From the NCBI RefSeq assembly GCF_006345805.1, contig NC_043009.1, positions 67,580,001-67,644,000 on the forward strand: a stretch of DNA of 64,000 nucleotides. Reading direction: 5' to 3'. Source of the stretch: Octopus sinensis (Eukaryota). This document shows, in pieces, positions 37,972-50,941 of this stretch. A program made the translations under genes and the position numbers. The notes under the pieces were generated by a model. It did no database searches, was not told where the DNA came from, and was given only the letters and a program-made list of their open reading frames with translations. Positions within the stretch are counted from its first letter, which is position 1. Each line of letters starts with the position of its first letter.

Positions 37972-39646
37972 GTCGGCCATTGAACACATTATTTCTTCTC
38001 CCTTTACTTTTTCCTTCTGTGTCTAAATAGTCTATTCAGATTACTTTGTCTTGACGCTATTCAAAACATCAAAAACAATTAACTCCCAGGCAGAAATCTG
38101 TTGACTAACAACACTTTCCACCTACCTACAAGTTTTTGTAAACCCTAAAACACAAGGTAGACACATTTCTATGCTAAAATCACGATGACCTAAAGCTGAC
38201 ACTCCCAAATAAACACTCCTAGCTGACGTTTTACATGCTTGAATGAACTCTGAACACTAACCTCCACCATTCCAACAGAAGCAGGTTAATAGTGTTCTAA
38301 TAACATGAACAACAATTAAATCCGGTAATACCTCTGCTGCTCACCTAAGTTTTAAACCTACTTACATGCTTTTGTGAACCCTAAGGACAATTCCAAGATC
38401 TAAAAGAGACACACCAAAGTTTTACACGTATGAGTGGAGTCTGAACCATCAATTTTAACCAATAAAATCTTTGCATATCTTTCCATCGGACCTTACTCTA
38501 AATCTAATTATCATTCAACATAGCTCTATTTTCCCCCCAAAATAAGTTCACCAGAAACTATGTAAAATGTACCGCGGTGCGAAACTTCGAAGTTACTGTC
38601 AAAGAATAATAAATATGTACTCAATGAAAAGTACTAAGAAATCCTTCAGTTTAATGTAAAATTGGTGCGTGTGTGTGTGTGCGTGCGTACGCGTGTGTGT
38701 GAGTGTGTGTGAGTGTTTGGTTGTGTGTGTGTGTGTGTGTGTATGTTTGGTTGTGTGTGTGTGTGTATGAGTGTGTATGTGTGCACATGTGTACCTGCGC
38801 GTAAGCAGACTTGTGGCTTATGTGTGTGTTTGTTTTTTCTTTCATTCTCCTTTTAACTTTTTATTTATTTTTTTTTCTTAGATGCAAAAACGTTTTTGGA
38901 TATAAAATTCTTCGGAAGTAAAACAGTTTCCTTACATTCAGTGGAAGAATCCGATAAAAGGTAAGAAAATAAACATTTAAAATAAACACACTAAATTAAA
39001 TTCATGACAGATATATGAAATAAATAAATGTAATTAATACATTCTGAAGCAAAAATAAGCTTCTCGGCTTTACACATGTCGAAAACAGTCAGATTTTAAT
39101 CTGCCGCTATATTCATACAGAATGCAAAGATTTGTATTTCGTGATGTCTGATACCAATTCTATCAGTGCTGTTTAATAACTTCAATTCATGTTATTATTC
39201 TTATAAGATTCTCCTCAACTTGTCTGTATATGAAGAATTGGATAAACGCAAAATGGCTTCTGATTTTCTTCTCAATATCCGATATATATATATATGTATG
39301 TATGTATATATATATATATATATATAACACAGTAAAGTTGTAAGGTATCGCACGAGTGAAAATATATATGAAAGTGGGTTTGAAAATGCAAAGGTCTTTT
39401 AGTCTTTAGAGATGTTTATTGACTTGACAGGTTTCACTTTTTTAGAAAAAGATTGTCAAAAGTACAATATGAAACTTTGTATAAGTTTTGTTGTGTTAAA
39501 AAATGGCTATCACAAAAGTATTAAGATACAGTTATGTAGACTTTGATAATGATAAGAATATGTTAAAAACAGTTTACAAGAAAGTATTCGAGAAAGAGAA
39601 TACAATAAATATTTTGAGTTCAATAAAAATCATGTTTGTTTGGTAG

Positions 39647-39697
<51 letters not shown>

Positions 39698-39804
39698 CAG
39701 TAGACTATATAACTGTATCAATACTTATATATATATATACACACATGTGTATATATATATAATATATATATATATATACATATATATATAAATATACATA
39801 CATA

Positions 39805-39873
<69 letters not shown>

Positions 39874-40109
39874 GGGTGGGGGCAGATCAGATCAGCCGAC
39901 TGATGTTGACTGACTGCAAACGCTTCTACAACTGAATGCTGAGTGCTACTTGATACGACTGCAACTAACTTGTCACAGGATTAGCAGCCGAAGTTTCGTG
40001 AGGCAATATTCTAAAATCTGTTATCTTGTCATTGGAATTATTAGGATCGAAAAAAAAACGTTACTCATGAAGCATCGTGGCTCGTAGTGAATCAGAAATG
40101 AAGGTATAA

Positions 40110-40870
40110 TCTTTTATTCGACGTTACCAGGAAATATTTTAATGGGGCGCAAATCACGGAGTTTAGTGAAATATTCATCCTGGAAAGTCATACGAAACCA
40201 CACAGCCTCCATCCACGCAGCGCAAGCTGGTAATTTCAATATCTCGATCAGTCATTGGTATGAATAAATTTGGGAAGTATTTAATACATATTTCTAAGTC
40301 ATACGGTTTAAAATCGGAAAGAAAATATTACCAATACAACTAATATAATCACACGTCTGACATAAATCTGCAATTCTGATGCATGTCTACATCACAGGAC
40401 GACCAAATTAACCTGCACCGTAAGACATACAAACACTATCACTACAAAATATCAAATGAGGAGATTGGATATATTCATAGGAATTCTAACAACCTTCCAG
40501 TTATAATTAGGAACATAATTGCTCATATCAATAGAAAAATCTCTCATTTATTCCGAGATAGAGATATCTTGAATAGAGCCGCACCCCATTATAATGATGA
40601 AGTACTAAGAATTGGTTTTAAAGAAATTAACATAACTCGAAAATCCTCTGGGCAAGTTTGTCTTATGATCTTCCTTGTGTAGCCAAGAATTACCTATTCC
40701 TAATGAGGCAACATATACGAAGTATGCATAAATATTACTAGGCTTATAAGGAACATAATATTAATGACATCTACTCTTGCCTAGATATCATTGCATCCAA
40801 TATCACACGCTACAACAGAGAAAACACATCTACACAACTTTCATCCGAAAGAAACGCACCTGCCAACTAA
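40110..40870 (+). pseudogene. Penelope-like element ORF remnant (RT core to thumb/linker)
   Basis: Frameshifted peptides FDVTRKYFNGAQITEFSEIFIL, SKSYGLK, YIHRNSNNLPVIIRNIIAHINRKISHL...NRAAPHYND and VAKNYLFLMRQH...YSCLDIIASNITRYN appear in the order of the PLE consensus FDVTMGSxDGAE.CELVG, YIH..SNHPP.I...INRRIS, YSC.PN..SII..HN. Confidence 0.82.
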
Positions 40871-41091
40871 GCGAATTTCATCTCCCCAGTTATATATATA
40901 TATATTCATACACCTTCACACGCGTGCACTCATACACAAAGGTAGGGATACGAGTGTGGGTGAAATATAACTGTTAAGTTGTTCATTATACTGGAGTATA
41001 ATTTCCGAAGTTATTTGACATTGAACTGTTTGTGAGTGTGAGTGGAAGCATTAGCTATGTGTGTGTGTATGTACATATATATATAATATAT

Positions 41092-41125
<34 letters not shown>

Positions 41126-41154
41126 ATATATATATATATAATATATATATAATA

Positions 41155-41190
<36 letters not shown>

Positions 41191-41211
41191 ATAAATAAAT
41201 AAACATATATG

Positions 41212-41619
41212 TGGCTGTGTGGTAAGTAGTTTGCTTACCAACCACATGGTTCCGGGTTCAGTCCCACTGCGTGGCACCTTGGGAAGTGTCTTCTACTATA
41301 GCCTCGGGCCGACAAAGCCTTGTGAGTGGATTTGGTAGACGGAAACTGAAAGAAGCCCGTCGTATATATGTATATGTATATATATATATATGTGTGTGTG
41401 CGTGTGTGTTTGTGTGTCTGTGTTTGTCCCCCTAGCATTGCTTGACAACCGATGCTGGTGTTTTATGTCCCCGTCACTTAGCGGTTCGGCAAAAGAGACC
41501 GATAGAAAAGTACTAGGCTTACAAAGAATAAGTCCCGGGGTCGAGTTGCTCGACTAAAGGCGGTGCTCCAGCATGGCCGCAGTCAAATGACTGAAACAAG
41601 TAAAAGAGTAAAAGAGTAA

Positions 41620-41620
<1 letters not shown>
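41212..41620 (+). mobile_element. SINE family A, full length, young
   Basis: Complete head, central (TA)/(TG) tract and (GTAAAAGA)3 tail. Confidence 0.93.
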
Positions 41621-41683
<63 letters not shown>

Positions 41684-41904
41684 TATTTTCAAAATTTTAG
41701 GGAATACGTATTCCAGTTTATCAGGACACTTACTATTTTACACTTTATGAATGCAACGTAAACAGTATCATTTATAATATTATTACGAATTTGGGATTTT
41801 ACCAATAGAACCGCGACTCCTATTTCAGGATAACCTTATTGTATGGAATACTCCACCAGCTCACACTCCACCAGCTCTGATCAACCATTGCTCTAAATTT
41901 CCTC

Positions 41905-42395
41905 CCCAGGTCATCACAGAATAGCTTTCATTATTGGCTGCAATCTGTTCGCATCAAATTCTTGATCACAGAGTCTCCAAGACCCACACTCGAACACTGT
42001 CAGGAAATACAGCAAATATGGACTAATCATAGAATGCTAGTAGCCTCTCCACCATCTCTCTGGCCAAAACTTTTCTCCGCTTGATATTGGCTCTGTCGAA
42101 TGTGGCTTCCTTCTTGCTGCTCTGCCATAGTAACAAAGTATATGGTGACACTCGACAGCTGTTCTGGAACTGATATCAACTTGTTCTGCTATGTCAAAGG
42201 CCTTCACATTTCTCTTAACAAAGAGAAGGGTTCTGTCAGAGAGCCTTGGCTCATCTGGGCGAAGTAATGTGGACTCCTTCCCCTCTTTGGTGAATTACAG
42301 AATCACTCTATTAACTGTAGGAAACGGGATCCCAAAGTTTGCTGTGATTTTGCGCTGACTATCCCCACCTTCAAAATGATCCACAATACGGCCTC
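41905..42395 (-). pseudogene. Tc1 transposase remnant
   Basis: [33 protein letters not shown]...ISSRTAVECHHILCYYGRAARRKP / NIKRRKVLARE / D*SIFAVFPDSVRVWV covers the HTH through the first catalytic D region (FSDES motif). Confidence 0.85.
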
Positions 42396-42402
42396 TTCTC
42401 AA

Positions 42403-42439
<37 letters not shown>

Positions 42440-42510
42440 GTATATGTATATATATGTTTTTTTCTATATTAGTTATATATCATAGCTGCGGCCATGCTGA
42501 TGCACCCCGT

Positions 42511-42568
<58 letters not shown>

Positions 42569-42794
42569 CTATATATATATATATATAGTATATATATATA
42601 TACATATAATATACCCACACACACCCACATATATATATATACACACACGCACACACACATATATATATATCCGCATCCGTATGTATGTATATTTATATAA
42701 ATATGTATGAGATTTTTTAATAATTGTCTAAGTGCCCGCATATTTTGCGCTATTCCAATGCTTCAGTATGTATACAACTCCGTGTGTGTGTGTG

Positions 42795-42836
<42 letters not shown>

Positions 42837-43399
42837 CGTGTGTCTGTGTGCATATATATATATATATATAACTATATGCTATATTCCTTTCAAATTTCAT
42901 GTTTTTCTTTTTCTATTTTGTTTTGTATTTATTCTTGTTCAAAATGCCTGCGCAGTCACGTGTGCTGCTTTACACGGGGGAGTTGCAGTGACAGCTGTGG
43001 AGAGTGTGTGTGGAGTGGAGATGAACAGAGAGAGAGAATGATTTGCATAGAAGACGACTTGAAAAAGGCCTTGAGGTAGTCGAATGAGTAGAAGGAAAGT
43101 TAGTGATGACGGTAATGAAAGAAAAAAAAATAATGTGAAAGCAGATAACAAATTGATGCTGATGTGATATTTGAGCGGGCAGCCCGGTTGTACCAATTCT
43201 TACGGGTAGAAATCACCTAAAATAGAAAACTAAATATATCACCCAATCCCCACATGACGGCTGCTCTAGAAACCACTGCACTTCTGACACATATATCCGC
43301 CATTGCGTAACAAATACAGAAACAGCAAACTCATCAGCTCAGCGAAAAAACATTTACAGAAAACGACTTGATACACACACACACATATATATGTGGTGC

Positions 43400-43466
<67 letters not shown>

Positions 43467-43486
43467 CGTATACATACATATATATT

Positions 43487-43838
43487 CTTTTATTCTTTTA
43501 CTTGTTTCAGTCATTTGACTGCGGCCATGCTAGAGCACCTCGTTTAGTCGAGCAAATCGACTCCAAAAATTATTCTTTGTAAGCCTAGCACTTGTTCTAA
43601 TGGTATCTTTTGCCGAGCCGGTTGTCAAGTGATGAGGGGGGACAAACACTCACACAAACATACACTCACACAAACATACACTCACACAAACATACACACA
43701 TATACGACGGGCTTCTTTCAGTATCCGTCTGCCAAATCCATTCAAAAGACTTTGGTCGGTTCGTGGCTATAATAGAAGACACTCACCCAAGGTGCCACGC
43801 AGTGGGACTGAACCCGGAATCTTGTGGTTAGGAAGCAA
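43487..43838 (-). mobile_element. SINE family A
   Basis: Reverse complement of the family A tail, centre and head, with an internal deletion. Confidence 0.85.
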
Positions 43839-43944
43839 GGTTCTTTATTTCATATAGATTTGCTATACAGGCATTACAGAGAGGGGACAGACAAGGAGAG
43901 ACAAACATAAAGGGTGAAGAAGCTTTTACGTTTAAAAATGTCAA

Positions 43945-44151
43945 ATCAATCGGATAAAAAATTTGATGAAATATGCGATAAAAAGATTTTGAATAAGTCA
44001 TTGCGTTCCGCAATGAAGAGCGTTGAAAGAAAGGCATCCGGCCACCTGGCTACCCAGGTGGCCGGATGCCTTTCTTTCAACGCAATGACTTATTCAAAAT
44101 CGAAAATTTTTATCGCATATTTCATCAATTCAATTTTTTTATCCGATTGAT
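43945..44151. repeat. ~207-bp palindrome with 4-nt loop and nested mini-hairpin
   Basis: Arms ATCAATCGGATAAAAAA, TTGATGAAATATGCGATAAAAA, GATTTTGAATAAGTCATTGCG and GTTGAAAGAAAGGCATCCGGCCACCTGG are mirrored around CTAC at 44050-44053. Confidence 0.97.
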
Positions 44152-44159
44152 AACCTTTT

Positions 44160-45400
44160 CTTTTTAACCCGACCTCATTTACCTGGTGCCAATCGCACCC
44201 AGCATGCTCACCACAGGCTTCCATCTTTTCATAAACATATCTCGTGACAGACACTTCTTCTCCACCCTGATCTTACTATAGAGGTGGTAACTACAGAGAC
44301 AAAGATACCTGTCATTATACCTTTCACACGCGTCTTCCATACTGTTTCTTTCACTATGGTTACCACGCCAAGAAAACAAGCCTTCCTTTCCCTGTTAAGG
44401 AAAGGAAGTGGCACGATCTCGATGATAGCCTCAGCTGATAGCTGTACTCTTCCCATCATTGACAACAGTTGTTCGACAAAAGCTATCAGTCCCGGTAACT
44501 CCGGACACTCCACGTGCAAGACGGTGTCCCTATCTTGCCCACATGTCGGGCATGTCGGCAAGACGGCACTTACATGCCTTAACAGCTTGTCACGAACAGG
44601 TAACGCCGCACGGAAGCACTGCCAAGCCAGGGATTTATGGTAATTATCCAGATACCCCGGCCCGAACGTTCTCCTGAACAGGTTGACCAACTGATTTTCA
44701 TCGTAGCCAAGGATCACCCCAAGGCGTCTTCTGACATAGATTCCACTAACCCGCTAGAGAAATCCGCGATGAAACTTCTGCTGCCGGCATTGCCGGCCCG
44801 AGAGAGTAGCTGGGCCGCCTGACGGCACTCCAAATGCCAGTCTCCCAGCTTAGGTCTCCGCTCGATCCACGCACCAATGTCCACTAAGGACGTTAACTGG
44901 GGAAGGTAGAACCAAACGTGCGGTTACCACACCAGTTCTCCATTCAAGTAAAGCCAGAGGTGCTTCAACCTTAACGCGAATTTTCGCATCCTCAGCCAAG
45001 GTATCCCTAACCCATCCTTTGGCGGTTTCTAGCAGCAGACAGAGCGCTCTTCAAGTGGCTTCCCTCCCTTCCACGAGAAGAAGAAAAGGATTCTCTCCAA
45101 CTTCAGCTACAAATCTGGGCAAGGCACCACGGTCAGATGGTAGGTGATTACTGATGCTATAAACAGCTGCACCACCTCTGCCCTCCCTAGTAAGGATAAC
45201 GCCCGCCCAAACCAGACCTAGGCTAGAGCAGTCACCTTGCTGGCCACCTCACACCAATTTTTCTCTATCTGGAGGTCTCGACCAATCCAGATTCCGAGCA
45301 GCTTAACAGGACCTTCCGTCCAACGCCCCACGACGTTATTGGACGCCATCGGTTTGACCCTTCAGGTGCCGAGTTGCAAACCGACCGACTTGTCCTTGTT
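44160..45400 (-). pseudogene. Tx1/L1-clade LINE ORF2 3' fragment (post-RT region plus zf-RVT)
   Basis: NKDKSVGLQLG...VKLLGIWIG...NWCEVASKV...LSLLGRAEVV...ERILFF/LWKG...GLGIPWL, then HKSLAWQCFRAALPVRDKL...CPTCGQDRDTVLHVECP. Several stops and frameshifts. Confidence 0.88.
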
Positions 45401-45581
45401 ACCCTTTCTCGTTAGCGATATTTTAGCCTATTTTTTGCTAAGCTAATTGCATCGTAAAACAAAAATCTTTCGTGACTGCCAGGTAACTTCATATAATGGA
45501 GAATATAGGGACAAAGTAACAGTAAACGAAATGGCAAAAAAATGCAAATATACGTCGTGTGTGTGTGTTTTTGTGTGTGTG

Positions 45582-45615
<34 letters not shown>

Positions 45616-46254
45616 CATATACACCTATGTGTATATTTGTGTGTTTGTGTGACGCAATGAGAGAGGAGCAGAAGCAGAGAGATAGAATGTGCAGAGCTTG
45701 TAGCAATAGGAAAAATACGGAAGAAAATTGTCTCCACTTAAAGAAATTACTGTCTTGTCTCATTGTCAAATATATCATCATCATCATCATCATCTCATCA
45801 CTATCTTCAGCATCCCTAATATCCCCACACACATTATCATCACAACCATCACCATCATCACCATCATCGTCATCATCATCATCAACAATATCGTTTTCAT
45901 TGCTATCATAATTCTGTAGAGTATGTAAGCGTCATTCGCATGACAGCTTCGTTTCCTTGCTTTCCAGTGGAATCGGTTTATTTTTTTGGATTTTTTGTTT
46001 ATTCTCCAAGTAAAGGTAATGATTAGTTGTCCAATATAAATCACAGGAAGAATGTTGGAATCCAGTTTCCTTATTCTGTGTTACATCAATGGAAAGAATT
46101 ATTTCCCACCCATCTTTTGTTTTGATCTCTAATTGGAAATTCCTTCGTCTTCGGTGAATTTGTTACATAACTGTGACGAAAAGATTGTGTAAAAGGAAAA
46201 CAATTGGTCGAGTATTTTAAATAATATCTCGTGTGTTCTTGTGAGAATGTCTGC

Positions 46255-46620
46255 GGCGCATGTCTGGCTCTGAGAGGAAAATTTGCTTCCCAACCACAGC
46301 GTTTCGGTTTCAGTCCCACTGCGTGCTTTCTACTATAATCGCAGGTCTGGTTACTGGATTTGGTAGACGGAAACTGAAAGAAGCCCGGTATATATATATA
46401 TATGTGAATGAGTATGTGTGCGTAAGTATATGAGTAGGTGCGCTTGTGTGTGTGTGTGTATAATAACTTGTGTGTATGTATGTGGGTGTGTATGCGTGGC
46501 GTTTGTCTTTGTGTTTTTGTTTCTCCTCCACCACTAATTGACAACCGGTGTTTGTTTGCTTACTTCCCTGTAACCTAGCGGTGCGACAAACAAGAACGAT
46601 AGTATAAGTAGCAATCTTTA
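46255..46620 (+). mobile_element. SINE family A, diverged
   Basis: GGTTTCAGTCCCACTGCGTG, GGATTTGGTAGACGGAAACTGAAAGAAGCCCG and TTGACAACCGGTG segments. Confidence 0.75.
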
Positions 46621-46824
46621 TGAAAATACCCGATTTATTTACATTATTTACATTTGACGGATATTTGTCTTCATCCGAGAAAGGGCGAGAGAAAGAAAAG
46701 GAGAAAGTATATATATATATATATATATATACAAAATGAGAAAATGGAGAAATATATCTAAATCAATCATCAACTATCAGATAATACCGAATCATATACT
46801 TTATTAAAACACTACACAATAGCA

Positions 46825-46873
<49 letters not shown>

Positions 46874-47457
46874 CATACATATACATATATGCATATGTGT
46901 GAGCTTGGCCGTGTGCGTATATGTGTCCTTACACGAATCATTATTCCGCGCCCATCCCCCATCACGTGCAAAGTTTTCTGTCACCGTAAAAGAAACAGCA
47001 ACTTTCGCCTCTGACAAGTGACGCAACAACAAGAATTGTTTCTGCGACTTAATCTGCCTTACCGAAAAGATTACACACTTTTCCAATATTTACAGGTATA
47101 CGCAGGTGTTTATAGCCAAAGTTGATGGAAACCAGAGGTAGGCTAATCACACTATTGGAATAATTACAGATCACCTAATTACATTCTGTCAAAGCCGAGT
47201 AATTTAATTAACTGCTTGATTTGAAATTTCGGTTTCATAACTCAGAGGAGATAATAAACACGAACTTTAACTGATATGATGTTTCTTCGGTGCGTTCGTT
47301 AAACGGAATGGCTCGATAAAATGAATGACGTTTCGGGTTTATTAATCTCAGAAGACGTTTATCATTCCTCGCAGCTCCTGCTTTTATTTCCAAACATTAT
47401 CCTTTCCCGAGATAATTAAACTAACTGATAGCCCACTTCACCCTCTCTCAATCTCTC

Positions 47458-47502
<45 letters not shown>

Positions 47503-47904
47503 AAGCTATTTATCTATCTATCTTCCTCTTCTGCATATCTTAGCCATCCAGCTTCCAAAGTGGTAACATGATCTGTTTGGTACTGGAACACTTAAAAGCT
47601 GCTTGCTTCGTTAACTTTCCTTCAGCTTTCAAAACTTAGACCATTCGCGGGCAGGCTGCGGCCCACGAGATTTCATGAATGGTAAGCAACGAAACATTAC
47701 CATGTATCATTTTAGTAGCACGGTACGCTTGATGATGAGCCATGTCTCATGTGGCCCGCTTCTCAAAATATGTTGCTTCTGCCAGGATTCATCCATTACA
47801 TCTGTAGTGAGATTAAGCGATAGAAGAAGAATTTTCAGTCGCTAGGACATGCTTCCATCCAGTTCCATTGGTTCGGAAAGAAATATCAGCATCATAGAAA
47901 TATA

Positions 47905-48050
47905 TAGGCATGGCTGTGTGGTAAGAATTTTGCTTCCAAACCATATTGTTCTTGGTTCAGTCCCTCTACGTGGCAACTTGGGCAAAGTCTTCTACTATAG
48001 TTTCGGGACAACCAGAGCCTTGTGAGCGGATTTGGTGCATGGAAACGGAA
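47905..48050 (+). mobile_element. SINE family A head fragment
   Basis: GGCATGGCTGTGTGGTAAG...GGTTCAGTCCCTCTACGTGGCAACTTGGGCAAAG. Confidence 0.75.
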
Positions 48051-48124
48051 AGAGTGCCATTTGGGATTTTGGGTCTTCTGGATTCCAAAACCTCTCATAT
48101 AAATATATATATATATAATATATA

Positions 48125-48160
<36 letters not shown>

Positions 48161-48169
48161 ACGGGAAGG

Positions 48170-48280
48170 TTTATGAAAATAAACAAAAGACGAAGGCAGG
48201 TTTACGAAAATAAACAAAAGACGAAGGCAGGTGAAGTACAAACAAACAATGTATTAGTATGGCGCTCAGGATTAGAAATA
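48170..48280 (-). mobile_element. Tail fragment of the PLE-type repeat seen at 60150-60350
   Basis: Minus strand GAGCGCCATACTAATACATTG...CACCTGCCTTCGTCTTTTGTTTATTTTC running into (TA)n; contains a 31-bp internal tandem duplication. Confidence 0.6.
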
Positions 48281-48622
48281 AAACAATAAAAATATCGTTA
48301 ATAAAATAAAATTGGAAAAGTCACAGAGGTATATTTTAGAGAATGTCTAATATCTTTGTTGCTGTGAGTGGTTTAAAACAAAGCAGGTTTTAATGTATCT
48401 TATCAAATATTAAAATGAGGGCCATATTTGGTAAGATGAACACATTGAAACTGGTTGTTTTAAATCACTCACTAAAATATACTTTTGTGCCTTTTTCAAC
48501 TTTATTTACTACTTTTAACCATATTTTTTTCATTTGTATGGATTCTTAACCCCTTTTCAACTACACACACACACACATACACACACACAACACACACACA
48601 CACACACATACACACACACATA

Positions 48623-48852
48623 CAGTAATCCCTCGCTATATTGCGGTTCACCTATTGCGGTTTATTATTTAAGCTTGCGTCGATCCCTCTGTGGTGTTAT
48701 TTTGCATTTATAATAAAATGATTATATACAAATTATAAAAATAATAACAAAAAAATATACAGTACAGTACTATTTCTACTTGGCGGATTTTCACCTAACG
48801 GGGTGGGAGTTGGGGGTTGGAACGTAACACCTGCAATAGTCGAGGGTTTATC

Positions 48853-48853
<1 letters not shown>
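48623..48853. mobile_element. Tigger/pogo-type MITE, internally deleted
   Basis: TA-CAGTAATCCCTCGCTATATTGCGG ... GGAACGTAACACCTGCAATAGTCGAGGG; matches 16392-16880. Confidence 0.75.
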
Positions 48854-48889
<36 letters not shown>

Positions 48890-49110
48890 CTTGAGAACAT
48901 TTCTTAATGGTAAGACCATATCGGATCTATTTCTAGCATAATGGTGCCCACATAGTGGTTTCCCTCTAATATATATATATATATATATATACAAAGAGCA
49001 ATAAAGATTCAAGTTAATTTAAAAAAATTTACTTGAATATGGTACCTAACTTAGATGCACCAAAAAAAACTATACTGATTTAACAATACAGTAATGTGGG
49101 GTGATTATAA

Positions 49111-49468
49111 GCGAGAAAGAAGCAACAAGAATGGATAGGTTTTTAGTACGATCGTTTCATACAAGGACAGGTTTTATTAAAAGTTGCAAAGATTACAGCA
49201 TATAAACGAGTCCCGTACTGGTTGTTTTAAATCACTCACTAAAATATACTTTTGTGCCTTTTTCAACTTTATTTACTACTTTTAACCATATTTTTTTCAT
49301 TCGTATGGATTCTTAACCCCTTTTCAACTACACACACACACACATACACACATACAAATGAGTACGGGACTCGTTTATATGCTGTAATCTTGCAACTTTT
49401 AATAAAACCTGTCCTTGTATGAAACGATCGTACTAAAAACCTATCCATTCTTGTTGCTTCTTTCTCGC
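49111..49468. mobile_element. Inverted duplication of a PLE-type HHR-bearing repeat with a captured spacer
   Basis: Arms 49111-49219 and 49361-49468 differ by one indel; 49217-49351 is a direct copy of 48450-48584. Confidence 0.85.
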
Positions 49469-49489
49469 GTATATATATATATATAATAT

Positions 49490-49558
<69 letters not shown>

Positions 49559-49811
49559 CAAGCAAACAGACAATAGGTGAGAGCTAGACATGCTCAGTAT
49601 AGAAAACACGTAGTAGTACCCAAATGGATTTGAACTCTTGATTCTTCATCCAAGACTTGGTACACGGCGTCAGGAGCGGATGGCTGTAAGAGAAATCCAG
49701 GTGTGCTGATGCAGATAAACACAATTAAGTTTTACATATGGATACATAGGTGTGTGTGTGTGTGTGTGTGTGCTCAAAAGTCAGTTTAGTGCTTCTTTGT
49801 ATCGACGCATG

Positions 49812-50198
49812 TGGAGGCGCAATGGCCCAGTGGTTAGGGCAGCGGACTTGCGGTCGTAGGATCGCGATTTCGATTCCCAGACCGGGCGTTGTGAGTGTTT
49901 ATTGAGCGAAAACACCTAAAGCTTCATGAGGCTCCGGCAGGAGATGGTGGTGATCCCTGCTGTACTCTTTCACCACAACTTTCTCTCACTCTTACTTCCT
50001 GTTTCTGTTGTACCTGTATTTCAAAGGGTCGGCCTTGTCACTCTCTGTGTCACGCTGAATATCCCCGAGAACTACGTTAAGGGTACACGTGTCTGTGGAA
50101 TGCTCAGCCACTTACATGTTAATTTCGCGAGCAGGCTGTTCCGTTGATTCGGATCAACCGGAACTCTCGTCGTCGTAACCGACGGAGTGCTTCCATCC
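49812..50198 (+). mobile_element. tRNA-derived SINE family C, tail variant 2, with TSD
   Basis: A and B boxes in the head; 11-bp target-site duplication ATCGACGCATG at 49801-49811 and 50199-50209. Confidence 0.92.
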
Positions 50199-50704
50199 AT
50201 CGACGCATGGATGTCCTCTCCAGTAATGAATGATGTAATGATGAGATTATCAAATCTAAACACTGAATTGTTAAAAAGCATGTATTGAACCGATATAATT
50301 CAGCAGATGAACGAGATGCGATACTTTTTATCTCGTAACCGTAACCCGCGAAAGTTGTCGTGACTGAAAACATAGACAACGTAATTTATTCATAAACTTG
50401 AACACACAGCGAAACGCGATCTGGTTGTAAAATGAATATCAAAGAAAATAATTAATGATGATACAACATAAACGTTTGTAAACATTCATGCGCTGAGTCC
50501 TTCGTGATTTACACTTTGTACGCATACAATACAATCATACATACATATATATTCACGCACACACAGACACACACATACACACTTATATATACACATACAA
50601 GCGCATATTAAAAGAGACACAGGGCGCTGCGGGTTTATTTACGTGTGCAATCATTAATCTTCTGAAAACTAAACGCTTGCATTAAATTTTGTACATTCCA
50701 GTTT

Positions 50705-50890
50705 TATGAGCATGTGGGCCTTGTGTGTGTGTATGTGTGTGTGTGTGTGCGTATGTGCGCGTGTGTGTGTGTTTGCATGCGTGTGTGTGTGTGTGTGCGT
50801 ATGTGCGCGTGTTTGTGTGTGTGTGCGCGTGTTTGTGCTTGTGTGCGAGTGTGTTCGTGCGTGTGTGTGTGCGTGTATGTGCTTGTGTGT

Positions 50891-50940
<50 letters not shown>
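50705..50940. repeat. (TG)n/(TGCG) array
   Basis: Direct reading. Confidence 0.95.

Positions 50941-50941
<1 letters not shown>

Noticed and set aside
43914-44150. 78-aa Lys-rich ORF with internal repeats
   Set aside because: It is a by-product of the 207-bp palindrome.
49812-49880. tRNA gene (also the heads at 327, 8826, 17208, 26437 and 41212)
   Set aside because: A and B boxes are present, but there is no complete cloverleaf or terminator and each continues into a SINE body; the 49812 copy has a TSD.
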